Made by a program: the position numbers and the translations under genes. A DNA stretch of 64,000 bases from Guillardia theta CCMP2712 (taxonomy: Eukaryota; Protista; Cryptophyta): assembly GCF_000315625.1 (NCBI RefSeq), contig NW_005434614.1:126573-190572 (forward strand), written 5' to 3'. The notes beneath the pieces were generated by a model. The model ran no database searches and was not told the DNA's origin. It was given only the letters and a program-made list of their open reading frames with translations. Of this stretch, positions 1 to 12,033 are shown one piece after another (position 1 is the stretch's first letter; every line of letters starts with the position of its first letter).

Positions 1-1587
1 GGCAAGCTCTCAGCGTGACCTTGTTTGCCGACAGCGCTTCCCCTTGCTCGTCTATCTGCGACTCGAGCCTGAAGTTCTCCTCGATCAGCCCCGGCGACTC
101 ATCGCACTTCCTGCACAACATCGCACGTGATCGACTGCCCCGGCGCTCATGAGAGGTCAAGAGGACGCCAGCACTCACTGGATGAAGTCTGCTCGCAGCC
201 GCTCGAACTCCTCGATGAAGTGAGCCGTGCTGTGCACGAGCCCGTGCTTCTCGTGGCTACATACGTTCCTTCATGCTCAAGTCAGCGGCAGGAGCGACGA
301 GTCGAGCCGCACGCGCCTGTTGATGTCAAACCCACAGCGATCGCAGAAGAGGTACAGGACTTGCTTCACCTCCTCGATCTCAGCTGACATCCTGCATCAG
401 CTCGTCACACAAAGAGGACAAGAGCACTCGCGCGCCTGCTGATCTTTGTGCTGAGGTTTCGCTCTTCCTTCTTCACGTCGGCGTGATTGTCCTCTAGCAA
501 CTCGATATGCCTGCACGCGCATCACTGACCCGTCACATGCACGCTTGCAGCTGACTTGTTCATCAATCGCATCTCAGCCTTCTCCCTCGTCGTCAACTCA
601 TCCATCACACTGAACTTCCTGCTCTTCTCAATGATGCAAAGAGCATCTGAGCAGCATCACACAATGACATGACGGTCATGAAGCATGTGTGGGAGTCAAC
701 CTGAGATTTCCTTTTGCATGTCGTCCTGCTTTCCTTCGCTTCTCCCCTGGGCCTCTGACGACGCTTTCTTCTCCTTCCGCCCATTGATGTCAGGGAGCGA
801 AACGAAGTCCATCCTCTTTGTCTCTGCGTTCCTCCGCTGCTCCCCGGTCAGCGGCGGCGAGCATGCGCAATAACAGAGGACATACCATCTGAACGAAGAA
901 AGACTTGCCCGAGCCGAAGTCTGTCGCGTGAAGAAACTCAAAGATCAGAGTAGACCTGAACAGCCTCATGATCCCCTCCAGCTGCGAGCAAGCGAACAAG
1001 TCAGTGAGTTGGTGAGTGACTGAGTGAGAGGGAACGGGGGAAGAGGGAGGGAGGGGATGGAGGGAGGGAGGGGAGGGAGGGGAGGGAGGGGAGGGAGGTG
1101 AGGGAGGGAAAAGGAGAGGGGGGAGGGGGAGAGAAGATTCATGCACCTGCTTCTGGCTCATTCCGATAACAACTTTGCGGCTATCAGGTGACTCATCTTG
1201 GACCTGACGGAGCCAGTCACACCATCGCATCTCCGCTGTCCTACCCTTCACCGCGATCAGCTTGTCGCCTGCTCTGATCTTCCCGCACTCGGCCGCTGGC
1301 GACCCCGGAAGCACCTTGCTCACAACAAGGACGAGACGGTATCCTGAATCAGCAGCGGTGGCAGCGATGACTTGTTTCCTGCTGGTCTGCCAGACTATGC
1401 CGAGGGACGACATGCTATAGAGTCCTTCAGCCGATGCCTCCTCTCCTAGCTGGTGAATCGCCGTGATGGCGAGGAGGCGTCTTCGCTCGCCGACGTCACT
1501 TCGATCCTCCTTGCACTGTTGCTGACCTCACAGCCCAGATGTCAACACTGATGAATGTGGCACCTTATGACCGACCCGAGACGTCAT
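1..1587 (-). CDS. PDZ-domain + coiled-coil protein (spliced; 3' end runs off the window)
   Basis: ORF 790-1413 has a PDZ pattern (SLGIV...LVVSKVLPGSPAAECGKIRAGDKLIAVKG). Putative first exon MTSRVGHK (ATG 1587) joins via a GT..AG intron. Downstream short exons encode E/K/L-rich heptads (IELLEDNHADVKKEERNLSTKI). Confidence 0.7.
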
Positions 1588-1834
1588 CGAATGCAGAATG
1601 TGTCTGAAGTATCATAGTATGGTCCACTCGTCTCATCACCGGACTGGCCTTCACGATTTTTTCCTTCAACTAGTTCTCAAGCACTTTTCTGCTCGTTCAC
1701 TTCATTTCATTCCTCTCTCGCCAAGATCTCTCCTCCTCTCCTCCCCTTTCCTCTCGGGCCTCCTCTCCGTCCCTCCATCACTGAGGTGTCTCGCCACCAT
1801 GCCTGGGCCTCAGGTACTGAGCAGCCTGGCATGA

Positions 1835-2495
1835 CTGCCGGCACCGCAGCAACTGACCAGGTAGGACCAGTGGGAATACTCCTAGCGAGCTCACCTCAGA
1901 CTATGGCGGGCAGACTCCCGCCCGACCCGGAGCCTCAGTGCCGGGCCGCCCCCCCGGGCCCGCGGCGGCGCGCGGGCCGGGCTGCCCCGCGGCGATCGGA
2001 CGGTGGCCCGGCTGAGCCCCCGACTCGGCGAGACCCACCCGGGGGCGCTACTGATCGGAGCCTCCCGCAGTCCCGGGCCTTCAACCGTGCCGCAGTGCCC
2101 TACTTGACTCTGAGTAGTGTAATCACTTCTATACCTGCACACTCAACTGCGCGCACTGGCTGGGACGGCATAGACGCCATGCCGGAACGCACTCGCGATG
2201 ATGCCGCGCGGCAGATCCAGCGCTTCCGTTCACGGTTTTCTTCAAGTTGCGAGTCGCCGAGCCGACAGTCGGACCCGCCAGCTGAGCGGCCACCGTGTGA
2301 CGGTCGGACTCTCAGATATTAAAAAAAAACTCAAACAGTCTATCAAAACTTGACAGTCTCTATCACTATCTAGTCAAACTTGAATAAAAAGTATTTTTGT
2401 CGGTACCCCCACCCATGTCCCTAAGTCGACTACCCCTACATATCCTCACCCCCTGTAGGGTAAGAGGTACAGTGGTGTCCAGTAGGGGTGGGTAA
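1835..2495. promoter_or_regulatory. Intergenic island between divergent genes (CCGG-rich block, AT-rich block, ACCCC/GGGGT block)
   Basis: Dense CCGG/GGCC/CCG words 1900-2310, A/T tract 2318-2400, TACCCC/GGGGT words 2400-2495; lies between the 5' ends of the PDZ and PH-MORN genes. Confidence 0.5.
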
Positions 2496-2562
2496 TGACA
2501 TGTTGCCGGAAATCGAGCGCTTCACATGCTGGGCAGAGTCTGCCGCAAGTCTCCTCTCCTCT

Positions 2563-2676
2563 CCTGCTGCGGCTCCCCTTGCTCATAGTTCCTCTCCTCG
2601 GGCCTGCTGCGGCTCCCCTTGCTCATGGTTCCTCTCCTCTCCTGCTGCGGCTCCCCTTGCTCATGGTTCCTCTCCT
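2563..2676 (+). repeat. Three copies of a ~37-40 bp minisatellite (CCTGCTGCGGCTCCCCTTGCTCATRGTTCCTCTCCT)
   Basis: Direct tandem copies visible; lies in a probable 5'-UTR intron ending TCAG at 2834. Confidence 0.85.
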
Positions 2677-2880
2677 TTCCTGCTTCTGCTTCAACCACTC
2701 TCGAGACCGTTTGACCTCTTTGCACTGATAAAACTAACTCCTCTCTCTCTCCCTCTCTTCTCCCTCCCTCTCTCCCTCACTCTTTCCTCCCTCTCTCCCT
2801 CTCTCCCTCCCCCTGCCCATTCTCTCTCTCTCAGGTTGTAATCGAGGATCTTCAACGTACCCAAGACTCTGCGGCTCCAA

Positions 2881-5800
2881 ATGACTGACGTGAAGTCGGG
2901 ATGGGTGCTCAAGTGGACGGGAAGCGTCTTTGCTTCATGGCAGAAGAGGTACATCCAGTACAAGCAAGGGAAACTCTCCATGCGGCACAGCGATCGAGAG
3001 AGGATGGCGCGAGTTTTGCAAGTCGCCTCCATCCGCATCAAACCGTCAGTACCCACAGAGATGAACATCGTGTGCCAGGACGGCAAGAACATGCTCTTTC
3101 GTTTCTCCTCCCCCGCAGAGCGCGATGACTGGTTCAAGACGATTCATGAGGAGATGAGCGGTCAGAAACCTGCCCCGTCCTCTGCTCTGCCATCGGAGCC
3201 GCCACAGGGCCCTATCCACCCCAGCCAAACCCGAGCTGTGCAGGCTCATCAGATGGCGCAGGCAGAGGTGCTCCGCCTTCAGCCCAGGGGGGTCGAGATG
3301 TCTTCCTCCCCCAAGGTCTCCAGCCGACCGGACGTTCTGAGGTTGGGAGCTCAGGAGCTAGTAGCGCCAGCTGCACCGGCTCCTTTCTCCCCCTCCAAGG
3401 CAGGGATGCCGGTAGAGCCCCCCCAGTCTCTCATTTCAAGGTCTCTCTACGACCTGAGGGCGCAGGCGTGTAAGTTGTGATGGGAGGAGCCGGCGGACCT
3501 GAGGCCTTCTGACGAGCTGGGCAGACCCGAGTGGCAAGTACGTGGGAGAGTACTTCGCGAGCGAGAGGAGCGGCTTCGGGAAGTTTGAATACAATGATGG
3601 GAACGTCTACATTGGTAGGAGGAGGAAGAGCAGTGAAAGGAGATGGTGGTTGTGGTGGTGGTGGTGATGATGATGATGAGGAGGAGGAGGGGGAGGAGAA
3701 CATTGGAGAGGAAGAGGAAGATCGAGAGAAGGAGGAAATTTCTCGCTGAATTGGATTGGATGTGTCAGGTATGTGGGTGAAAGATCAGAAGCATGGTTTC
3801 GGTCGCCTGCAGTGGTCCAACGGCAACGTGTTCTCAGGGGAATGGCAAGCAGACGAGATGACCGGCTATGGTGTGTTTGCATACGCCAACAAGAACGAGT
3901 ATAAGGTCTAATTCCCAACTTCTCTTCTCCTCCCCCAGTCTCCCATCAACCTTTCCCCTTCTTCCTCCTCCTTTTCCTCCGATCTCTCGTCGTTCTCTGC
4001 GTGGATGACGAGGTTGAGCAGGGAGAGTTTCACAAGAACATGAAGGCAGGCAAGGGGAAGTTTGTGTGGAAGTGAGCTTAAGTTGTAGCTGGTCGGGTGG
4101 TGACCTCCGGGCTGTGCAGCAACGGCGACTCGTACGAGGGGGAGTGGAAACAAGACATGATGGATGGGCAAGGTGAAGCTTCTACTGAAGGAAGCAGCTG
4201 ACCCTCCTCCTCCTCCTCCTTCGCCGCCGCCTCCTCCTTCGCCGCCGCCGCCGCCTCCTCCTCCTCCTCCTCCTCCTCCTCCTCCTCCTCCTCCTCCTAC
4301 CTTGTTTTGTCTCTCATCTCTCATCCTCGTCTTTTCATGCTCCGACGATTCTTCCCCTCGCCCCTCTCCCTCTATCTTAGGAATCATCGTCTACAACAAC
4401 GGAAACGTCTACGACGGACAGAGCAAGGGCAACTTGAAGAATGGTCGAGGAAGAATGAAAGTGAGCGACTGCTGATCTCCTGTCGGACTGTGAGAGCTTG
4501 TGCTGCCAGTGGTCCACCGGGGAAACATACGAGGGAGAGTGGAAGGGAGGCCTTCTTCATGGAAAGGTTGATCCCTATACACGCATATGCTACCTCCTCT
4601 CCACCTTCTCGTTTCCCCTCTCTCCCTTCCCTTCCCCAATCGCCCTCGCTTTCATTCTCCTCCTCCGTTTCCACCCCTCCCCGCTTCCACCCCTCTTCTT
4701 CCCTTCCTCCTCATTGTCCCTTCTCCTCTTTCTCTCTCCTCCTCCGAACACCGTTTCCTCCTACCTTCTCCTCGTCTCTTGGTCCTTTCCCACCACCCCT
4801 CATGACCTCCCCTCCCTGCTCTCATCGCTCGTCTGCAGGGAACCTTCCTGTACGCCAACGGAGGAAGTTACGTCGGTCGCTTCTGCTCCCTCCAGTTGCT
4901 GCGTGCAAGTGACAGGAGAGGCAGGAGAATGGATCGACGACATGCGGAGTGGCAACGGGACTATGACGCATCCCAACGGGGTGAGCACGAGGGAGAGGGA
5001 GCAGAGGAGGGAGGGGAGGGAAGGACAACGAGAGTTGGCGGAGAAGGAAGAGGCTCACAGGATGTGAGAAGAGAAGGAAGAGGAGAGTTGAATGCAAGGA
5101 GAGGGAGAAAGAGGGAGGGAGGGAGAGGGAGAGGAGGAGGAGGAGGAGGAGGAGGAGGAGGTGGTGGTGGTGGTGGTGTTAACGGGCATTTTCCCAGGAC
5201 ATCTATACAGGCGCGTGGCAGATGGACATGAGAGAAGGAAGCGGAACCTGCAGACATGCCAACGGGTGACGGGGAGGAGGAGCAGCGAGAGCGAGAGGCA
5301 GGAGCGAGGAAGAGAGAGGCAGGGGGGAAGAGGGAGAGGCAAGAAGAGGGAGGAGGAGGAGGAGGAGGAGGAGGAGGAGGTGCAGGATGGGATGAGCGGA
5401 GATCGAGCAGGGACATCTTCGTCGGGACCTTTCATCAGAACCTGCGGCACGGGTACAATCTGCTCCTTTTCAACCCACAAGTGAGCTGGAGGCAGAGCTG
5501 GAGTCTACACAGCAGCGCCGCAAGCAGGAGAAAGCAAGGGAGACGAATATTCCGGTGAATGGATGCAGGATAAGAAGCATGGTACGTCTCCTCCCTCCTT
5601 CCCCTTTCCTACTCTCTGAATCCCTCCTTTCACCCCCCTCCTCTCCCCTCCCTCCCCCCTGCCCCCTCCTCTCTCCCTCCCTCCTTCTCCTTACTCTCTC
5701 ACACCCTCGTGCTCCAAGGGTTCGGCAAGTACATGTGGGCAGACGGCGACGTCTACGAGGGAGAGTGGAAGGATGACATGCGCAACGGGCATGGCACGTC

Positions 5801-6888
5801 AGTCGCTCCCCTCCTCCCCTTCATCCCCCAGCTGACTCTGAGCTGCAGCTGCTTCTACTCAAACCGTGACGAGTACGTGGGCTCGTGGGTCAACGACCAA
5901 CGACATGGGTCCTGCGACTTTCCTCGCCCCCTCGCCCCCTCCCCCCCCCTTCCTCTTGAGCTCTCTGTCTCCTCCCCCCTCCCGCCTCCTTGTTTGCATC
6001 TCTCTTCCCCCTCCCTCTCCTCCCCCCTCCCTCTCCTCCCCTGCTCCTCCCTCTCCCAACGCTCCTCATCTCTCTCCGGCCTACCTCATCCCCCCCCCCT
6101 TCTCCCCTTCCCTCTTCTCTTCTCCTGCCCCCTCATCATCATCTTCGGTCTATCTCCTTCCTCCTCCCCCCGCGCCTATATCCCTCTCTCCCTCACCCTT
6201 CTGTTCAGCTGGGGTCGACTAGCATGGGCCGACGGCAACACTTACGAAGGGTTGTGGAAGAATGACAACATCGCACCCGGGTATCTCCTCCGCTTCCCTC
6301 CTCTACGTCCTTCTTCCTCCTCCTCTTCCTTCCTCGTCTCCCCCTGTGACTCCTCCTCGCCCCAGCGCCTCCTTCTGACCCCCCTCCCTCCTGCTGATGC
6401 TCTCCTCCTCTTCTCCTGCTGCTCTCCTCCTCATCATCATCATCTCAACCTCTGGCAGGGCTCGGGGCATCTTCCCCTCCAAGTCCAGGGCAGCAGATCG
6501 TCCGGTAGCGGGGGAGAGCCTTCAAAGGCAGCAGCTCCCAGCTGCCGTCAAAACCTTCTCCAGCAGCGGCAGGGACTTTGATCCTGCCCAGGAGAAGCCC
6601 AGCAGGACCCCGAGCACGAGGAGGTTCCAGCCAGTCGATCCAACCGCTGCTTTGATCGCCGATGTGAACACGGCAAGTCCTCCTCCTCCTCCTCCTGATC
6701 GTCATCGTCATCCCCTCCTTCCTCCATCGTGACTTGTCTGCAGGCCATGGGTTCTTTCTTCGGCAACTTCAACCCGCAGCAGCAGCCCAGCAAGCCGCTT
6801 CCACCTCGGGTAAGTCTCTTGGAAGGGGAGCAGGAGAAGTTGACAAAGTGAGCAGGAGGTGTCGAGGAAACCTCTGCTCCTGTTCTGA
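2881..6888 (+). CDS. PH-domain + MORN-repeat protein (multi-exon)
   Basis: PH motif VKSGWVLKWTG..WQKRYI...FRFSSPAERDDWFKTI. Intron 3470-3524 (GTAAGT..CAG) joins it in frame to YPSGKYVGEY. Many MORN repeats follow (GDSYEGEWKQDMMDGQG, GDVYEGEWKDDMRNGHG, GNTYEGLWKND). Stop TGA about 6886-6888. Confidence 0.85.
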
Positions 6889-6919
6889 CGCCTTGTATCA
6901 CTAGCCCGCCGTAGTAAGA

Positions 6920-7560
6920 ATAAACTTGAAGAATCTTATCAGGATCTCAACTTGGCAACTTCGGAGGCGGGGGTCAGTGCGGCCCGCCGGGCCCTCTGCC
7001 ACTGCCAACTTTCACGAGTCCCGAGTCCGAGGGCCCAGGCTTTCCTCGGAACTTCGGAACTCAGCGCCGGGCCCGCGGGCCCGCGGGCCCCGGCGGGGGC
7101 CGAGCCTGCGGCTCCCGGGCGCCGCCGGGCAAGTTGGCCCGGCGGGCCGGCTTATGACACGAGTCACCAGCCTTCTCCCCCCCCCCCACTCCCACCCCCG
7201 GCCGGGCCGGGCCGGTTACGTACTACTTGTACGCCGGTATCTCCGCCGAGTCACTTCACTATGTCGCTGACAGAAATCGAGTCCGCCTCAGTTTCCGCTG
7301 ATAATCTGTTTGCGGCCCTTCACCGGTGTGTTTTCCTGGAATTATAAAGTCAGGGGGTGGGGTGGGTGGTAAGAGAGGCACCTCATAAAGAGACTCTTGT
7401 ATACTAATATTGTAAAACAGAATGATAAAATATATATGTAATTTAAACACCCTTTTAAAATTTTATTCAACTTATATAAGTTATAAATACTGACATTTAG
7501 TTTTGCTTCGTACCAGGCAGCGCTGGTCACAGTACAGATTTTAAAGTATTTTTGATTTCA
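6920..7560. promoter_or_regulatory. Intergenic island upstream of the carrier gene
   Basis: CCGG/GGCC-dense 6980-7250, GGGGGTGGGGTGGGTGG about 7352, very AT-rich 7400-7560 including palindrome AACTTATATAAGTT. Confidence 0.5.
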
Positions 7561-8126
7561 AACTATTTCAGGATGTTGCTTACATTCCAAATTAATGAGC
7601 ACGGTTTCAAAATGTTCGGCGAATGTGCTTCGGAATTTGTCGCTCCCATGGTGGCCACGGAGTGGTGCAGGGGGGGGGGAGAAGGAGAAGGGAGAGGAGC
7701 GACGGGAGGAGGAGAGGAGGGTGGAACAGGAGAAGAGATCTGAGAGAGAGAAGGATAAGAGCTGACTGAGGGCGGGGTAGATAGAATGAGAGAGGAGGAG
7801 GAGGAGTGAGGGGGAGGCGCAATGAACGCTGTGGAAGTAGTCGATCGCGTTTCGGTTCTACTTCCTCTTGTTCGCACGCATCTCCCTCAGTATTCAGTTG
7901 TCTTGACATAGAAAGTGAAGAAACTGAAGAAGTAGTGCGACCGGAGAGTGTGATTACAGTGAGATTTGCCCTTTCGCTGCTTGCCATGTTTGGCTGGTTG
8001 AACGCAAATGATTTCTACCCTTTCTGAACATTTTCCAGGAGCCCTCAATAGATCCTTGTGGATGTTGCTGGACAAAATATTGGGCTGCAATCTTGCTATG
8101 AGATTCTAGTCTCCTTCCCATCTACC

Positions 8127-9947
8127 ATGCGATCCTCCCTCGTGCTCGCCATCCTTCTGCTTTTCCAATCCAACACCGTTGACACGCTCAGTGAGAGCTT
8201 GAACACCCCAGCTAAGAGTTCAACATCCAGTTCCTTACAATCTGCCAAGTCAAAGTTCTTTCCGGTCCTTCGCAGCAAAGCAGCAGGTGCAACAGACCTC
8301 AGGCATGGCCTCGCGACGGCCCTGCCGGTGGGAAGCACGTCAGTCAAGGGAGGGAATACAGATCAGGCCGCCGTAAATCTGTTCAACTCCAAGGTGGGTG
8401 AAAACGGCGGCTTCTTATCCAAGGTCTGGCATGCAAGACATCACCTCCTGGCCGGTGCCATCGTGAGTGGCCCCTGCTCGCTCTCGCTCCCTCCCGTCGT
8501 GACCATTCCGACAGGGGAGATGTGTGGCTGTATCGGTCATGTTTCCTGTGGACACCATTAAGACGAGGCTTCAGCTCAACGGAGCTCAATGCTGCACTCC
8601 TACCCAGTGGTCGGAGGTAACCTGAGGACGGGGGGGCGGCGGCCATGGGCGCTGAATGTGACCCGCCAGGCTATCAAGAGGCCCTTGTTCCGGGGACTGT
8701 CGTCCTCCCTCCTAGGCCAAGTTCCCAACGGCATGCTCGTGTACGGCAGTTACGAAGTCTACAAGAGGGAGCTAACAGAAAAGTTTCCGTCTCTTACCGC
8801 CACACAGGCACGCTCTCGTCCCACTCTCCCCTCCTCGTCCTCCCTGTGCCGAGCCTCCCTCTCGTGCTGCCACCCTGTTGCTTGCTGCCATGGCTTCTTC
8901 ACTATCTTGCTGCCATCTCTTCTCTTCACTCTCATGTCTCTTCACTCTTCTGTCTCTCCATGTCATCGTCCGTTCACACTGCGGCAGGTGAGGCTGATCG
9001 CAGCCATGCTCGGGGACGTAACGGGATCAATCTGGCTGGCGCCGTTCGAGCGCACGAAACAACGCGTACAGGTGACCTCTACCTCCTCTTCGCCTCCATC
9101 TCCTGACCCTCGATGCAAGGCTGGCTTGTACTCCGGCATGCGGCAAGGGATCAGGTCCACGGTGGCAGACAAGGGGATCTTCGGACTGTATACGGGATAC
9201 AAGGCGCAGGTGCTACGGGACATGTCCTTTCATGCCATCCAGCTGCCCCTCTACGAGGCGATCAAGGACTTTTGGCTGAGGAAGATCTCCCGTCCGAGCT
9301 CAGGCGATCAAGGCTCTTGGAAGAATGCTGCGCGCAAGCTGCAGCCGTGGGAGAGCATGACGGTGGGGGCGATCGCTGGCGCGACCTCAGGTGGGGAGGG
9401 AGGAGGGGTTGCTTTGCTCGGGTTGACCATCAGCAGGAGCATTGACTACACCCATTGATGTTCTCAAGACTCGCCTCATGGCATCTTCTCCTATGTCGGC
9501 ATCCATAGGTAACGGCCATCTGCATCGAACTGATGTCCCTTCTCAGTTCTCCTTTCTCTGTCTTCTATACCTCTCTCCTTTCTCTGTCTGCTATACCTCT
9601 CTTCTCTCTCTGTCTCCTATACCTCTCTCCTCTCTTGATTCCTGAGGGTAACAAGGGTCCTTCCAGGGAGCATGCGGCAGGTGCTGGTGCAAGTACTAGT
9701 GACAGAGGGTGTGCTCGGGCTCACGGCGGGGCTGCCCCAGAGGTGAGGGAGAGGGAGGAGCGAGAGGGATGCTTGACTCTGCGACAGGGCGGCATACATC
9801 GCCTGCGGTAGCGCTATCTTCTGGACTGTCTTCGAGCAGGTTAGCAAGCCATGCCGAGGCGCGAAATGGCGCTTATGGCTGGTATAGGTCTGCCACAGGA
9901 TCTATCTTGTGGAGCAGCGAGCCAAGACGAGGCAGCAAGTGATGTGA
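8127..9947 (+). CDS. Mitochondrial carrier family (SLC25) protein, S-adenosylmethionine-carrier-like, with N-terminal signal peptide
   Basis: Three PxD/ExxKxR signatures: FPVDTIKTRLQ, APFERTKQRVQ, TTPIDVLKTRLM. Also LRDMSFHAIQLPLYE and GSAIFWTVFEQ, typical of SAMC-like carriers. N-terminus MRSSLVLAILLLFQSNT is hydrophobic. Confidence 0.85.
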
Positions 9948-10073
9948 TTTGAGATGCCGCTTTCCCTCACACCTGTACATTACTGTCTCTCTCTCATCCT
10001 CCCTGCCTTCGTCCTCCTTGAGTGAATTTTGCATGGCAAACGTTCTTGCGCGCCTCCATCTCCATCACGCCGC

Positions 10074-10559
10074 TCAGAGAGTGGCGATGGTGAAAGCAGC
10101 ATCCACCCACTCGAAAAGATCGTTCTCAAGCTTCCCTCCGAGGTGATCTCCACTCTGGAAGTACTCGTCTTCCCTGTGTTTGTCAAGAAAGTCTTGCGCG
10201 CCCCCCGTCTGCTCAGGGGTCATGGTGGCGGGACTCCAGGCCTCCATGGCCGATACGAGAGAGGCACCATCTCTGATCGTGCTCCACGTGTTGTCACCGA
10301 GAAGAAGCTTGAGAGCGAAGAGCACGACGACTACTGGCTGCGTCCCGGGAGTGTCGACGATGTCGCTGTTGTTGGTCAAGGACGCGCCGAACCGGTCGAG
10401 GTCGGCCGAAGCCTTGATGGCCTTGAGGGCATCAGCGAGGGCCTTCTGAGCGAGCACGACGAGCTGAGAGGAGGCAGCTCTTATCGCCTCGTCCCTTCCC
10501 ATCATCGGCGTCTCCTCCTCCTCCATCGCCTCTTCCGCGTTCCGCTTCCCCCCTGCCAT
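10074..10559 (-). CDS. Small single-exon protein resembling a dynein heavy-chain stalk microtubule-binding domain
   Basis: 161-aa ORF from MAGGKRNAEEAM. Pattern AQKALADALKAI..DL..F / PVVVVLFALKLLLG..TWSTIR...LVSAMEAWSPATMT / LFEWVDAA parallels the dynein MTBD. Confidence 0.55.
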   Translation of the reverse strand: MAGGKRNAEEAMEEEETPMMGRDEAIRAASSQLVVLAQKALADALKAIKASADLDRFGASLTNNSDIVDTPGTQPVVVVLFALKLLLGDNTWSTIRDGASLVSAMEAWSPATMTPEQTGGAQDFLDKHREDEYFQSGDHLGGKLENDLFEWVDAAFTIATL

Positions 10560-11456
10560 TGCGGCCAATGGATGGAACCGCGATAGATGGTATACCAGAG
10601 ATGCGATGGGATGCAGATCCTGATGATCAATGCAGATGGGATCAGGGATGGGATGTGTAATCAGATGTGTAATCAGATGTGTAATGTTGAGCAGAATGTT
10701 GAGGGGGATGAAGACTACCCGGCGCATGTCGGCTATGGGAGGCAGAAGGTCGAGCAAGAGGAGAAGGCTGGAGGGATCAGACACGAAGACAGAGAGAGAG
10801 AATACGAATACGACGGAAGCTATGCGAGTACGGGCGGCACCGATCCAATGCAAGAAAATGCGGGGGCGGCAGCATATGCGAGCACGGGCGGCAGCGATCA
10901 CAATGCAAGGGATGCGGGGGGAGGAGCAGAAGGTACGAGGAGGCGAGGAGCTGATCAGGTGTGAACATGATCTTGCAGTTGCGCCTGCTGGGCAGGCTTA
11001 GACGGTGGTGAGGATGATGTGCGATGGGAGATGGATGACGAGCATGCGGGCGCGTGCTCTGCGTCGATCATGCAGGGGCACTTGGATGCTGTCGGCTGGT
11101 CCTTGGACATTGACTCGGAGGAGGGACAGCAACTTCCCGCCCCACGTGAGATGGTGCGTTATTGACAACAACGAAGAGCTCTTGCAGGCAGACCTGGACA
11201 TTGGGACTAAGGCGGGGGAGGGGAGGGAGGGACTTCCACGGCATGTGGGAGTAGGGCAGCTAGCCGGACCTCTACACCGATCACAACAGCGGGTCTTGGA
11301 GTCACAACACGAGCAGGAGGAGATGTAATGAACGCCTTGCCTCTAGTAGCACAGCGGCTACGGAGACCGAAGGCGCTTGGGGTCCCTTGAGGAGGGTCAG
11401 TAGATGGTGCAAGTAGATGTACTGGCAGTGCCGTAGACCAGCTTGATTGAACTACC

Positions 11457-12033
11457 GCTGCTCATCTCTTGTCAAGCTTCAGCTGGGGTTGAGGACTGAA
11501 CTCAATTCTGACTCAACTTCGCAACGCCTGTTCACTTGCCCCCGGACTGAATCGGCCTTCCACTTGCTCCCCTGCTGCCCGGCCGGGGAGTTACTGGTTA
11601 GGCTGCTCATCTCTTGTCGAGATCGGCTCGTTTCCCTGCTTGAGCTTCTTGAGCTGGCCTGAGTGAGCCCGACAAGTCAGGCTGCCTCTTGTGTTGACCA
11701 GCCCTATCCACTATGTTCTTGGATCGAGATGGCAGTGAGACTGAAGGGGATCTCCCCCGCATGATGGGGGAGGCTGTTCCAATCATCGGGGCTGCGATGT
11801 CGTACTTCTCACTGAGCCAACTGACCCGGACTCAACCCAGTCTCGCACTCAACTAGAGCCAAGACTCATCGGGTGACTCTCAAGCTTCAGCTGGGGTTGA
11901 GGACTGAACTCGATTCTGACTCAACGTCTGTTCACTTGCCCCCGGACTGAACCCGCCTTCCACCTGCTCCCCTGCTGCCCGGCGGCAGGTTGTGCTGCCG
12001 GGGGGATACTGGTTAGGATCCGACCTAACCAGT
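11457..12033. repeat. Diverged ~130-140 bp direct repeats (11472-11602 and 11880-12017) with hairpins; possible TE remnant
   Basis: TCAAGCTTCAGCTGGGGTTGAGGACTGAACTC...TACTGGTTAGG occurs twice, 408 bp apart. The 17-mer GCTGCTCATCTCTTGTC occurs at about 11457 and 11602. Perfect 10-bp inverted repeat ACTGGTTAGG/CCTAACCAGT at 12008-12033. Confidence 0.75.

Noticed and set aside
1786-2322. 178-aa Pro/Arg-rich ORF in the GC island (also 6926-7347)
   Set aside because: Expected by chance in very GC-rich sequence; no recognisable motifs.
2563-2676. CRISPR-like array (~37-bp repeats)
   Set aside because: Copies are directly adjacent with no unique spacers, there are no cas genes and the context is a eukaryotic intron.
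11880-12033. tRNA gene
   Set aside because: Only a partial B-box-like word; no cloverleaf could be folded.
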